From: Escherichia phage CMS-2020a
Direction: 5' to 3' (one strand)
DNA length: 64,000 nucleotides
Sequence record: CP054387.1
Made by a program: the position numbers and the translations under genes. The notes under the pieces are model-generated. The model did no database searches. It saw only the letters and a list, made by a program, of their open reading frames with translations, and had not been told where the DNA came from. Positions 18,501 through 27,728 of the stretch are shown one piece after another; position 1 is the first letter of the stretch; every line of letters begins with the position of its first letter.

Positions 18501-20110
18501 ATGATCCCTGCTCGCATCAGTTTGAACGCAACCATCGCGGCCACGACCTTACCGAGATTAATTACCAGCTCTTGGTTCTTTGCTAACCATTGAGCAAGCT
18601 GACGCAACCCATCGATTGCCGTTGTTAACCCCGAACCTAAAGAATTGGCAAACGAAATCCCTTCGGCGCTATTCATGATTGAAGCCAGTTCTTTCATCCC
18701 CTTCGATAGAGAATCCAGATATCCGGCCTGACCAACCCGATCAGCAAATAACGTGAATGACGTCTGAAGTTGCGCCAGCGCACCTGTGTAGGTTTGCATC
18801 ATGTCTTTCGCTGCGTTCTCATTCTCCGCACGCAGACCAACAAACATCAGAGACAACGCCTGTTTTGCCTCAACCGTACCGCTGGCAACGGCTTTAGTCA
18901 GTTCCCCCATAGTGATGCCTGCTGCGTCCGCCATTGCCTGCATCGCGTTAGGAACGGCTTCACCTAATTGCTGACGTAGCTCTTCCATTGACACGACGCC
19001 CTTACCGGACATCTGCTGAACGGCCACAGCCGCACGTTTCAACAGCTCACTATTACCACCAAAACGAGCAACGGAGTCCACCAGCGCCTTCAGAGAACCA
19101 TCGGTTGGATCTAAGCCAGCAGAACGAAACTTCACGAAGGAGTCTGTTAACGCCTGCATCGCGAACGGCGCATTTTGAGCCATGTCTACGATGTACTTCA
19201 TATCATCAGCGGCAGCCTGGCCCGGGTTGGACTTCTCCTTATTCAACCCTCGAAGCATCACCCGCATACGTTCCATTTCGGCCGCAGCTTCAATAATAGG
19301 CTTCTGCCAACCAAACATGATACTGGTGACGGTTCTTGCAGCATCTCCGATCTCACCAAGCAGGAAAATGTTGCCACGAAGGCCAGAGAACATACTGCCT
19401 TCGTTATTTTTACCGATATGCCAAGAGTAACCACCACGTCCACCGCTACCCCCACCATTTCCGCTTCCTGATGTGCGAACGCGTACAGGCTTGTTAATCA
19501 GTTGCTGACGTCCGATAACTTCGTCCATCTGCTCACGAACTTTTTTTAGTCCCTCGGCAGCCTGGCTTGTTGTCACACCCCAATTACTGAGTCGCTTCGT
19601 CGTGGTATTAAGGCGCGTATTCATGCCACTCACGGACGCAGAGGCTTCTTTGACCTCCGTACCAAAACGGCTTGCGCTTTTGCTTGCATAGGTCGCCCAA
19701 TCAGAGAAATCATTTAGCTCTGATTGCACTTTACGTAATGACGCGGTGAGTTTATCTACTGAAGAAGTTGTCGTATCGACGCGCTCAATCAGGGCTTTAA
19801 GACCAGAATTGAGGCTGGTGATGTTGCCACGCATTTTACGCGTAGCATCTGAAGCAAGCTCAAAACCGGCAGCTACATCCTGTAGTTTATCTGCCGTAGA
19901 ATCGAGCTTGCTTTCCAGAACGCCAATGATACGGGCGACCGAACCCAAAGAGCGTTCAAAGGTTTGGATTTTTTGAGCAGGCTTTGTTACCTGCTCACCA
20001 AATCGAGTAAGCAGTTTTCCCGCACGATCGATTGACGCTGTAAACTGTTTGTCTTCCAGCGACAGGATAAACTCTACGTTTTGTGACATTCCCTTGTCAT
20101 CCTCTGCCAA
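15527..20110 (-). CDS. tail tape measure protein
   Basis: 1527 aa, long helical/coiled-coil low-complexity protein with Gly-rich segment, located between G/T chaperone and M/L/K/I/J. Confidence 0.85.
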   Translation of the reverse strand: MAEDDKGMSQNVEFILSLEDKQFTASIDRAGKLLTRFGEQVTKPAQKIQTFERSLGSVARIIGVLESKLDSTADKLQDVAAGFELASDATRKMRGNITSLNSGLKALIERVDTTTSSVDKLTASLRKVQSELNDFSDWATYASKSASRFGTEVKEASASVSGMNTRLNTTTKRLSNWGVTTSQAAEGLKKVREQMDEVIGRQQLINKPVRVRTSGSGNGGGSGGRGGYSWHIGKNNEGSMFSGLRGNIFLLGEIGDAARTVTSIMFGWQKPIIEAAAEMERMRVMLRGLNKEKSNPGQAAADDMKYIVDMAQNAPFAMQALTDSFVKFRSAGLDPTDGSLKALVDSVARFGGNSELLKRAAVAVQQMSGKGVVSMEELRQQLGEAVPNAMQAMADAAGITMGELTKAVASGTVEAKQALSLMFVGLRAENENAAKDMMQTYTGALAQLQTSFTLFADRVGQAGYLDSLSKGMKELASIMNSAEGISFANSLGSGLTTAIDGLRQLAQWLAKNQELVINLGKVVAAMVAFKLMRAGIMGVVGAGSQMVSTFATMATAIQTPFNLGATAVTRFNRAARMGLAPIPSLIFAIRGAITGLKGAFAGLTAFIAANPIGAAFTVATVAVAGLITYMTMLRSETSKVVDEIRKIPEAMTAAKRAQMAEYKARLEQQITQKEQELKSGEKVVYGPGMAGTTVKINQDERKRIENELNDLRKKRDKTTGAIERGDIAVAKRLAKDAAESQIEKIREENRDFAATFVKARQEALDKIQKINDDGSLSDDEKNKLLAPLRETVNKSYLEPAQKLVDSLSSRKNAVEGQIATLNDQLEKAKKEGNTEQIKKLQGSIRGYQENLEVVAQELTQAEFERDNAAKTGKGVMSNQGTVLGLGTTDKAAQKALAQYMRNQMDSATYQRTLPDGTPMMDFEGKPIIGPKQLKTQLNLQKASSASSLEKMSDEERAAAIAALTKAREQDAAAAEKAAQRSANASQRAAKKEQAAQQKLAAGYQKALDKADQLMGQMGESSKATVSFDQSLRDTTKSLTDLANAVPNEFITQEMIDKAKKRLEDLKNATPEYREMFNRRNVEQMISTWAPESDSIISAGYTPSREEKVADFEDTYNRNLKALIELRDKASDPKVVALYTKKINQLIAAGNTALIKETGTATQKLALEYENLAEQIESTWTDLFSGLTDVLTDFVINGKMSFSSLSQSILKDITNMVVKSQITLPLMNMLGMGTTAAGSSQSGNLLTGVASAVANQGVRMGNTVNGDKSVGEATKETSSSVTGLGQTTQQTTSAIGTATNAIGSWVSGLFDSTEAKDAETKAVKDSIFSMQNLSSVTGALSAAFAMLGANASGSGNKWLSFGATVASGLVSAWAGGGFDSVTSSSAKTATSSVADGTKGIPAIPKFANGGIFGKDGVIPLRAYQKGGIANSPQLALFGEGDMNEAYVPLPDGRTIPVTLSTDGMSGGGNVLSPVSIEINVHSDGSTTESGDTESIWNNAAQRMKAIALETIAQEKRPGGSLNPNTQRN

Positions 20111-20462
20111 ATATTTGCATCAGTTGCTCTTTGGCGTCAGGGTCTGCCCTATCCTGGCTTGGATCGTAGACTTTATCTGTTACGACTGGTCTTCCAATCC
20201 TGAGTTGCAAACCCTCCATGAACGCCTTCACGCTCTCGCCATCTGCCTGAGCAGCGAGAGCGACTTGCAGGTTGCGGACATCCTCTTCCGCACGTAGACG
20301 GTCGATGTTGCGACTGAGCATCCAGAACATCGTGAGAGGGATGTTCAGTAGTTCTAACGGCGACACGGCGTAGTGAGCAACTACACGACTGAAATAGAAT
20401 CCGAGATCTATTGAGACGGTCCTTGTCCCGGATTCATCGCGGGAAATTACTTTGCCCCTTCG
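20097..20462 (-). CDS. tail assembly chaperone frameshift extension (gpT-like segment of G-T fusion)
   Basis: Reading frame -1 relative to G is open across the G stop (hand translation ...RRGKVISRDESGTRTVSIDLGFYFSRVVAHYAVSPLELLN...) and continues to 20097, overlapping the tape measure start; a -1 shift near the 3' end of G would produce a G-T fusion. No canonical GGGAAAG heptamer seen. Confidence 0.45.
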   Translation of the reverse strand, partial: RRGKVISRDESGTRTVSIDLGFYFSRVVAHYAVSPLELLNIPLTMFWMLSRNIDRLRAEEDVRNLQVALAAQADGESVKAFMEGLQLRIGRPVVTDKVYDPSQDRADPDAKEQLMQIFGRG

Positions 20463-20764
20463 CCAGCCGCTTTTTCGTTTTCTTCATCAATCACTTCCAT
20501 AGCGAAGGTGAAGATCTGCTGAAGTTGCGGAACAGTCAGTTTTTCAAGAACTTCGTCGGGCACTGAAGGGATAACCTTGCGAACCAGATCTGCATAAGCT
20601 GTCACTTGCTCAACAGGAGACATATTGGTCAGATCTTTACCTTCCATCTGCTTAATGGAAACGAACAGACCTACCGTCATTTCAACGATGGGATATTCCT
20701 GGCCGCCAAATTTGACACTTTTTTTAGGAGGTAGGATGGAGTCGAGATCGAGTAATTTTGTCAT
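20447..20764 (-). CDS. tail assembly chaperone G-like
   Basis: 105 aa acidic protein immediately upstream of tape measure, with open -1 frame extension. Confidence 0.6.
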   Translation of the reverse strand: MTKLLDLDSILPPKKSVKFGGQEYPIVEMTVGLFVSIKQMEGKDLTNMSPVEQVTAYADLVRKVIPSVPDEVLEKLTVPQLQQIFTFAMEVIDEENEKAAGEGAK

Positions 20765-20831
20765 TTGTTAAAATCCTTTTAAAAGAGAGGCCCATCATGA
20801 GCCTCAATTTATAGATTAATAAGTTGCTTGA

Positions 20832-21569
20832 TTATTGATTAACCGTCACTAATTTGGTTACTTTCTTGCTACCGCTATTGCTGGTGAATGATATGTTTGC
20901 AGAACCTTGTTCCACACCACGCACAAGACCAGTCTGATCAACAGTGGCTTTTTTATTATCAGATGACCATACGCCTGTTTTATCAACTACATCATCTGGG
21001 GTGAAATTAGCAGTCAGTTGAACTGTCGCCCCGACCTTTACACTCGGAGATTCAGGTGTAATCGTCACGTTTTTCACCGGTTTTGGGCCACTCATTTTGC
21101 CAAGAACCCCCTCATCATCAGGGTACGCGTTGAACTGAACAGAGAACACACGTACATCATCAGACTGGTAGGACATAGTGAAGTTGCCAGCGGTTGCCGC
21201 TTTCGGGAGCGTCAACACATAGTCGGTGGTGTCCTGCGGTGTCAGGACGAGTTCCTTCGCCACGTTGATCAGATTTACGCCCTGTGCAGATGTGATGGTG
21301 ACGGAGTTGTCATCTTCGCTCAAAGTAGAACCAGGCATAAGATCGACCATGTTTTTGAGCACAGACTCGGCCAGAGGTGCGGTAATGGTAATGTTACGCC
21401 CCTGAACCAATTCAGAGATTACAGTCTGACCTTGTTGATCGACTGTAACTTTAAGCGTTTCAGTGGCTACTTCAACCTGAACACCACCTTTGGTGTAACC
21501 CAGATCCACACCACCAAATGATACCTTGCAGGCACCAAGCTTGATGTTTTTTACATGGGTATTAGACAT
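20832..21569 (-). CDS. major tail protein (V-like) with C-terminal Ig-like domain
   Basis: 245 aa; position upstream of G; C-terminal ~80 aa (VTITPESPSVKVGATVQLTANFTPDDVVDKTGVWSSDNKKATVDQTGLV...) looks like a Big_2 Ig-like domain. Confidence 0.7.
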   Translation of the reverse strand: MSNTHVKNIKLGACKVSFGGVDLGYTKGGVQVEVATETLKVTVDQQGQTVISELVQGRNITITAPLAESVLKNMVDLMPGSTLSEDDNSVTITSAQGVNLINVAKELVLTPQDTTDYVLTLPKAATAGNFTMSYQSDDVRVFSVQFNAYPDDEGVLGKMSGPKPVKNVTITPESPSVKVGATVQLTANFTPDDVVDKTGVWSSDNKKATVDQTGLVRGVEQGSANISFTSNSGSKKVTKLVTVNQ

Positions 21570-21642
21570 TGATGGAAACTCCTTTTTCCGTTAATTTCAC
21601 GCATTCATTGCGCTATATTTAAGTATATACTTACCTATTTAT

Positions 21643-22026
21643 TTAATTCAATAAATAGCCAGCAAATTCAACTGGAATACCGGCTTCTATTAACGATCCA
21701 TCATTTTTCGGATAAACGACAGGCATAGCCATAGGCCGTACAAGTCGAAAATAGACCTCTCCAGATTCCGTTTCCTCTACGGGAAACATATCAATGATCT
21801 TACGCGCTTTCTCAATAGTCGTTGTAATTGACGAGCCACGCACAATGATTGTGAACGACTCATGATAAAAGCCCTGTAACTCATGATCGATACTGATACC
21901 GGTATTTGGGTTAATAAGCAGGACACCGGATTTGACATAGGCAGGTAAGTAATGACAGAAAATGTCTGTCCCTACCGTGCCAATCTTTGCCTTCTGCATC
22001 AAATTTGCAAATGCTTCAATAAACAC
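21643..22026 (-). CDS. tail terminator / tail completion protein (U-like) candidate
   Basis: Start set to GTG at 22026 just after the stop of the upstream gene, with GAGAGG upstream; longer ORF-track start overlaps upstream gene by >100 nt. Confidence 0.45.
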   Translation of the reverse strand: MFIEAFANLMQKAKIGTVGTDIFCHYLPAYVKSGVLLINPNTGISIDHELQGFYHESFTIIVRGSSITTTIEKARKIIDMFPVEETESGEVYFRLVRPMAMPVVYPKNDGSLIEAGIPVEFAGYLLN

Positions 22027-22027
22027 A

Positions 22028-22501
22028 TTAACCTCTCGTAAACCCGGCTTTTTTGGCAGCCTCAAGAATCGCTTCGGAGAACTGCTTCTCGCTAATTTCC
22101 ACCGCTCTTTCCAGAAAGTGTGGACCAACACGAGGTTTTACACCTTCAATTGGTGGGTTTGTCACGTTCTTCATTCGAGAAAGATAACCGAGACGGTATT
22201 TGCCCAGCTCCATGTACTTAGCATAGTCACCTACTTCTACGCCAGGATGCCCCTGACGTGGCTTTGCCCCAGACACAGAAAGCTCAATGCGCAGCCCTGA
22301 ATAACCTTCTTTAATCACCCTAGCAAAGATGGCTGTCTCCAGAGATCCGGTTTCCAGCGGGGCCATTGCACGGCTGAGGCGCTCAACCAAACGCGCCAGC
22401 TTTTCCATGTCCCGAATAAGATATCGCTTAAATGCTTTCTGGCTGTTGTTGAGTCTATTCCCCGCACGTTTGAACTGATGCGCATCGTATTTCAGACCCA
22501 T
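22028..22501 (-). CDS. head-tail connector protein (HK97 gp10-like candidate)
   Basis: 157 aa; position between head-closure and tail-terminator genes. Confidence 0.45.
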   Translation of the reverse strand: MGLKYDAHQFKRAGNRLNNSQKAFKRYLIRDMEKLARLVERLSRAMAPLETGSLETAIFARVIKEGYSGLRIELSVSGAKPRQGHPGVEVGDYAKYMELGKYRLGYLSRMKNVTNPPIEGVKPRVGPHFLERAVEISEKQFSEAILEAAKKAGFTRG

Positions 22502-22836
22502 ATATTCGCCCCTACTTCAAGATGCCCAGGTCTTCCTCGTAGCCCCCAGCGGCGATGAACACTGGACACCTTTAATTTTTGACCTTCAAGGATCAGTACA
22601 TCATCAAGTTCTACAGCCGATTCCAAAGGAACAACTAACACAGCATCAAACAGCTCCAGACTCGCCTTGCCACGACTACCAGAGCTATCAGCACGAACTG
22701 ACGATTTCTCATTACTCTGTTCGAATTTAACTACACCTACATTCGTCTTCCTGACGAACTGCAATTGCGCTTCACCGTAGACGTTCTTTGTGCCAAAGCG
22801 GTAGATCGCAATTTCTGTTTGCCATGAAATATTCAC
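22492..22836 (-). CDS. head-tail adaptor / head closure protein candidate
   Basis: 114 aa ORF, position in head-tail joining block. Confidence 0.4.
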   Translation of the reverse strand: MNISWQTEIAIYRFGTKNVYGEAQLQFVRKTNVGVVKFEQSNEKSSVRADSSGSRGKASLELFDAVLVVPLESAVELDDVLILEGQKLKVSSVHRRWGLRGRPGHLEVGANIWV

Positions 22837-22907
22837 GCTCTCTCCCTGTTGTCGATCTCATTGCCAGCCAAAACTATTGCTTCCAAAACCAAATAATGAG
22901 AAAGACA

Positions 22908-23741
22908 TTACGAACGTCGGACAATCATACGATTGTCTATATAACGGATCAGTAAACGCCAGGTGCTGCGAGCAACATGCACGTTTGCTGATTTACCGGT
23001 ACGATACATGTTGGTAGTTTCACCGATAGATTCTGACAAAATGCCATCCTCTCGTGCTGCGACGATATCATTGCCATTTGCTATCTCACACGCTTCATTA
23101 ACAACGGCTAGCATTAACGCTTCTTTGAAGTAGTCAGGGAACTCTTCAAACTTCTCCTGAGTAATCTTTTCCCAATCGACTAAATCATGCCGGTACGCTC
23201 CATCTGCTCCCCACGGAATGTCATACACATTCAGCATATTTTGAGGGCGATCGTATCGGTCAAAGTCGATACGTAGAATTTTGCGGATTGAGAACGGTAA
23301 AGTTTTAATACGTCTTGTAGCCTCAATGAGACGCTTGCGCATTAAGCCTTCACCATCCGACAGCAAAGTGTCCCCATTCAGCATATCGATCGCCTGCATT
23401 TGAGCATCAGCGACAGTTGCAAACGACTGTTCTGGTATCGACAGTTCAAAAGTATTCAGCAGAACATACATTTGACGCTCTTCATGCGTCAGGCCCGATG
23501 CAACAGCCTTCACAATGACGTACCGCAGATCTCGCTCTTTCTCAGAGAGCTGGTTATATTCAGCCGACACGACAACCGGAATCGACATTTGACCGCTGGT
23601 AATTTCTAGCGGCTCGCCATCAACGAGAATAGCCCCGGTGCTGTCCTTTACTGTGTAGGTGGCAGATTCGATATCCAGCACGTTGAAGGCAAATGAAAGA
23701 GAAACAGCTTCACCGCTACGATACGAGTCGATCTGCGCCAT
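22908..23741 (-). CDS. hypothetical structural protein
   Basis: 277 aa ORF in head module, contiguous with neighbours. Confidence 0.4.
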   Translation of the reverse strand: MAQIDSYRSGEAVSLSFAFNVLDIESATYTVKDSTGAILVDGEPLEITSGQMSIPVVVSAEYNQLSEKERDLRYVIVKAVASGLTHEERQMYVLLNTFELSIPEQSFATVADAQMQAIDMLNGDTLLSDGEGLMRKRLIEATRRIKTLPFSIRKILRIDFDRYDRPQNMLNVYDIPWGADGAYRHDLVDWEKITQEKFEEFPDYFKEALMLAVVNEACEIANGNDIVAAREDGILSESIGETTNMYRTGKSANVHVARSTWRLLIRYIDNRMIVRRS

Positions 23742-24175
23742 TACTCACCGCCTTGTGCTTTCAGGATGCCGTCAATCATTTCGACAATTCCTTTCGCCTT
23801 AACACCAATCTTATTCCCAATTGAACGTAAACCGGCAATACCCTCACTATCAGCAATTGACTCCAGTTCTTCCCGTGTGAAAGTTTGAATTGGTTTAGCT
23901 GGTTCATCTGCCGTTCCGCGCTTCATTGGAACAATGTCAGGTGCTGATGGCTCAACAATCTGATCTACGTTCAGATCATTACGTTCGCCATATGCAGCAG
24001 ATGGAGAAACGTTTTTACCCTCAACAGTTGATGCGCGCATTGATGCACAAATCCTCTGCTGGTCGATAAAAGGTAACTCGGAAACGGATACCCCATTCTC
24101 AAACTTAACTCCACACAACATTCCCGAATAATCAGAAAATTGCGGTTCCAATAAACGAATTTTTGCTGGTTTCAT
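23741..24175 (-). CDS. hypothetical head protein (possible decoration/connector)
   Basis: 144 aa ORF immediately downstream of the capsid terminator hairpin. Confidence 0.4.
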   Translation of the reverse strand: MKPAKIRLLEPQFSDYSGMLCGVKFENGVSVSELPFIDQQRICASMRASTVEGKNVSPSAAYGERNDLNVDQIVEPSAPDIVPMKRGTADEPAKPIQTFTREELESIADSEGIAGLRSIGNKIGVKAKGIVEMIDGILKAQGGE

Positions 24176-24204
24176 TACGCTTTCTCGCTATACAGGCATA
24201 TTTA

Positions 24205-24240
24205 AAACCTACAAAAAGGGTGGGCGTATAGCCCACCCTT
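24205..24240 (-). terminator. rho-independent terminator after major capsid gene
   Basis: Perfect hairpin aagggtgggc-gtat-agcccaccctt (plus 24216..24240) followed on the minus strand by TTTTTGTAGGTTTT. Confidence 0.7.
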
Positions 24241-24272
24241 AAGCATAGGTAATTACATACCTATTGTTTTAG

Positions 24273-25193
24273 TTAAATTTTTACATTGTTCAGTGCAGCG
24301 ATAGCCTTATCGTGCTTATTCGCCAGAGAGCAGTACCATTTCACACGAGTACGTACTGCATCTTTATTCTGTACCGTGCCAATGTTCTCCACAACGATAC
24401 CAGCATTGTCACCGCCATACAGACCGGTAAGACCATTTTCTTCTGACAAATGCAGACAATAAATGTTAGCAGTACCTTCCTGGCCTTCCGTTTTCTGCTC
24501 TGAACCTTCAGTAACTTTAACCCCATTTTTAGGAATGAAGTCGTTAACAATAAATGGAATACCATTATGGCACAGCATAGGACGACCGAAGTTCTCCATC
24601 ATGATTTCAGACGGGCCTACGTTTACTGTACGCAGCAGCGCACGGTAAGCACGCAGGTGCTCTGAACGCATCATGATGCAGTCAGCGCCCAAATCTTTCA
24701 CCGCATCGACCAGCTCGTCGAACATAGAGAAAGTCATAGATGCACCAGCAATGTCGATCTTCTGATCTTTGTGCATCAGACGCGGAATACCATCAAACGC
24801 TTTGGTATTAGTTTCAGAATTACCCAAGATCAGATTTCGACGGAATGCACGAGCCAGACCTTTCACTTTCTGGCGAACCTGAACAGCCAACTGATTGTTA
24901 GTATCGGACATAGTTGTTGCCAAGAATTTATCAACGTCAACGTCACCAGCCAGAATACGCAGTTTTGCAACATGTTCGCTGAATGTTGCTGCGCCTTCCG
25001 CAATAGTATCGTTTACATCAATAAAGGTCGCTTCACTAAGCGTTGCTTCGCGATTATAAAGATATGCCTTCGAGTTAATCTTCATAAAAGGCAGAATCGC
25101 AAACAGGTCATCGCGATCGATGATAGTTTCGATCACACCCTGTTCAAGTTCATTATTGGATAGCTTTTCAGCTTCTTCACGCAGTAATGGCAT
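24273..25193 (-). CDS. major capsid protein (HK97-fold candidate)
   Basis: 306 aa; downstream of scaffold-like gene and followed by a strong terminator. Confidence 0.7.
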   Translation of the reverse strand: MPLLREEAEKLSNNELEQGVIETIIDRDDLFAILPFMKINSKAYLYNREATLSEATFIDVNDTIAEGAATFSEHVAKLRILAGDVDVDKFLATTMSDTNNQLAVQVRQKVKGLARAFRRNLILGNSETNTKAFDGIPRLMHKDQKIDIAGASMTFSMFDELVDAVKDLGADCIMMRSEHLRAYRALLRTVNVGPSEIMMENFGRPMLCHNGIPFIVNDFIPKNGVKVTEGSEQKTEGQEGTANIYCLHLSEENGLTGLYGGDNAGIVVENIGTVQNKDAVRTRVKWYCSLANKHDKAIAALNNVKI

Positions 25194-25218
25194 CTATCAA
25201 TTCCCTTTGATTTAGATG

Positions 25219-26106
25219 TTACTTAAGTCCAATTTTCCCAAGACCAGAGGTCAACTTATCCATAGTCGACTTGTTCTTCGGTTGGGATATTGTGTAGGTC
25301 GATTTGGAATGTGAGCCTACACCCTGCTTGGCTTCGCTACGCATCAATGCGTCAGCTTCCGGATCTGCCCGCACAATGCGTTCAATCGCGGATTCAAACG
25401 GCAACGGCTTACCTTCACCGTCAACCAGAACAGCTCGTTCTTTATGACCTGCCGGTTTGTCATAACCCACTACGCTACCGTCTTCACCCACTTCAAAATG
25501 AGAACCGTAGATCACGCGGGCTTTTGCCGGGGTCATCAGAACTTTGTCACGTAGGAAGAGAGAGTTACTGAAGGAAGCGCCCACGGTCATCTCGACTAAT
25601 TGAGATTTCAGTGATGCGTTTTCACTTTCCAGTGCTGTATAACGTTCGTCACGCTGTGCCAGCTCTGCCTGGTGTGCTTCGATCATCTGTTTTTTAACAG
25701 CATCGAACTCACCACGACGCTCCAGTTCAGCTTGCTCCGCCTCACGACGTGCATTTTCTGCGGCCTGTTCAGCTTCTAAAAGCTGGCGAGCACGCGCCGG
25801 GTCGATATCACCGTACTGAGCAAGCTGATCGGCCAATGTGCGCTCTTTCTCTTTGCGCTTCATGTTCTCCTTCAGCAGTTCAGCACCAGCTTTCTTGGTT
25901 TTACGAAGTTCGGCCAGTAACTCTTCCTGAGTCATGCCAGCGTATTCGTCATCGCCCTTCGGCTGCTCTTTTTGTTCACCCTGTTTGTCAGGATCTTGTG
26001 TGCTCTGCTCATTATCAGCAGCTACACCGCCAGCGCCTCCACGCTCATGCGCTTCAGCGACATCCATCAGACCACGACGGGCCAAAAGCATTTGCCACAG
26101 ATTCAT
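25219..26106 (-). CDS. scaffolding protein candidate
   Basis: 295 aa, charged helical/coiled-coil middle region (EAEQAAENARREAEQAELERR...), between portal and capsid genes. Confidence 0.45.
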   Translation of the reverse strand: MNLWQMLLARRGLMDVAEAHERGGAGGVAADNEQSTQDPDKQGEQKEQPKGDDEYAGMTQEELLAELRKTKKAGAELLKENMKRKEKERTLADQLAQYGDIDPARARQLLEAEQAAENARREAEQAELERRGEFDAVKKQMIEAHQAELAQRDERYTALESENASLKSQLVEMTVGASFSNSLFLRDKVLMTPAKARVIYGSHFEVGEDGSVVGYDKPAGHKERAVLVDGEGKPLPFESAIERIVRADPEADALMRSEAKQGVGSHSKSTYTISQPKNKSTMDKLTSGLGKIGLK

Positions 26107-26127
26107 AAAAATTCCTTTTGTTACTTA

Positions 26128-27702
26128 TCACTCGTTCTCTTGAGTAGATGAGTCCCCATTCCCTCGGGGTTGATCTTGCCCGCTTTCTTGGGCTGCACCA
26201 CGATCATAAGTAAGTACTGACTTATTTTCAAGGGTATTTAGATCATTTTTTGGAGGAAAATTCAAGAGATCTTTATCAAATTCCTTTTTCATCGCCTCAG
26301 TAATGTTCGGGAAAATCTTCTCAATAAGCATTTCCATCTGGTGACGACGTACAGAGTCCGGTGCCTGAAGTAATGACAGTTTCTCGGCAACAGAAAATTC
26401 ATCAGTAAGGCCACGAATATCGAAACTTTCTGGATACGCAATTAAAGAGTGGTCTTCGTCCAGATCTACCCCCATCCATTTCGCAACCAGTAGCATGATT
26501 TGGCGTTCAGCCCTTTCCAGACGCTCTGCTTTTGTGACAAGCAAGCTATTTACACGCTGGAAGTCATACATTTTTGCGGCACCAGATGAATTATCGATTC
26601 CCTGTGCGTTGTCCTGCTTCGTTCGCTCACCAGCTACACCAACTGAATGGTAGATTTCGTTAATCACCGTCTTAATCGTAGTGATGATCATCTGAGCTTG
26701 TTTCGGGTCTGGTGACAGATAAAACGGCTGGTTTCCACCTTCAGAATCGTAGGTGAAGACTCGCTTTGTGCCCATTTCAAGCACTTTAGTGTGGTTTTCA
26801 TCACCAGGTAAAAGCGACTGTACCGGTATAGCCAACTGGCTAAATGTCTGATCCTGAATAATGGCATCAAGGTTTGACAGATAGTTTGCAACCGCACGAT
26901 CAAGATAAGCGATATCATCGATCAACGATGGGCTGAAATACGGTGATTCACTTTCTCCAATACAATCAACAGGAAACACAGGAACTACGCCGAGATTATG
27001 CTCACCGCTATCCTCTAAAATAACTTTTGCCTGACGGCGACCTGCTCCACCAGCGCCCTTCTTCACTTCCTCACGGAACAGATACCACTCGTTTTGTGTC
27101 CACAGACGATAACGTTGGTATTCCTGACCTGTAGAAGTAAAAGGATCTGCGTCATCACGAGCGACTTCCACAATTAACGCCCACAACATATTCCCGTCGT
27201 CGTCCCATGCCACATCCAGCATTTGCTGAGGTGAAATCCAGTAGGCGTAGGCGCGAGCATCTTTCTTTTTCTCGTCAGCTACTGACTCAACATCACCACT
27301 CATCGTGCTATCGACAACAACCCATATGCGACCGTAAATAGACGACTGCAAATCAATGGCGGCCATAAATGAGTCAATAGAGGCATTCTGGCGAGTCGCA
27401 CGTTTCCAGAAATTGCGGATCTGCTCTGGTGCCTCTTCGATATTTCTATGAATGTCTTCTTTAAAGAGATATTTGTTGATGAGGTTTACCACCTCACGAG
27501 TGTGGTTGAAGCGATAGGCACGCTCAACACGCTCCTTAAACTCCTGATCTCCCTCTTTAAAGTAACGAAAGATATTGTCTGTAAACCAACCACGCCCGCC
27601 AGCGTAAGTGCTGGCGAGGAAGTCCCAATGTTCTTTTTTCTTTTCGTATTCCGGGTGGCGTCGCGCCACCAGATCCTTAATTTGTTTGTCGTTCAAATCC
27701 AT
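26128..27702 (-). CDS. portal protein
   Basis: 524 aa, immediately downstream of terminase large subunit. Confidence 0.7.
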   Translation of the reverse strand: MDLNDKQIKDLVARRHPEYEKKKEHWDFLASTYAGGRGWFTDNIFRYFKEGDQEFKERVERAYRFNHTREVVNLINKYLFKEDIHRNIEEAPEQIRNFWKRATRQNASIDSFMAAIDLQSSIYGRIWVVVDSTMSGDVESVADEKKKDARAYAYWISPQQMLDVAWDDDGNMLWALIVEVARDDADPFTSTGQEYQRYRLWTQNEWYLFREEVKKGAGGAGRRQAKVILEDSGEHNLGVVPVFPVDCIGESESPYFSPSLIDDIAYLDRAVANYLSNLDAIIQDQTFSQLAIPVQSLLPGDENHTKVLEMGTKRVFTYDSEGGNQPFYLSPDPKQAQMIITTIKTVINEIYHSVGVAGERTKQDNAQGIDNSSGAAKMYDFQRVNSLLVTKAERLERAERQIMLLVAKWMGVDLDEDHSLIAYPESFDIRGLTDEFSVAEKLSLLQAPDSVRRHQMEMLIEKIFPNITEAMKKEFDKDLLNFPPKNDLNTLENKSVLTYDRGAAQESGQDQPRGNGDSSTQENE

Positions 27703-27728
27703 TTGAATAACCTTAGATAATTACTTAC

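Noticed and set aside
16679-19471. Multiple plus-strand ORFs (65-174 aa) inside the tape measure gene
   Set aside because: All antisense to a 1527-aa coherent ORF; translations are Ala/Ser/Pro-rich shadows typical of the opposite strand of a helical protein gene.
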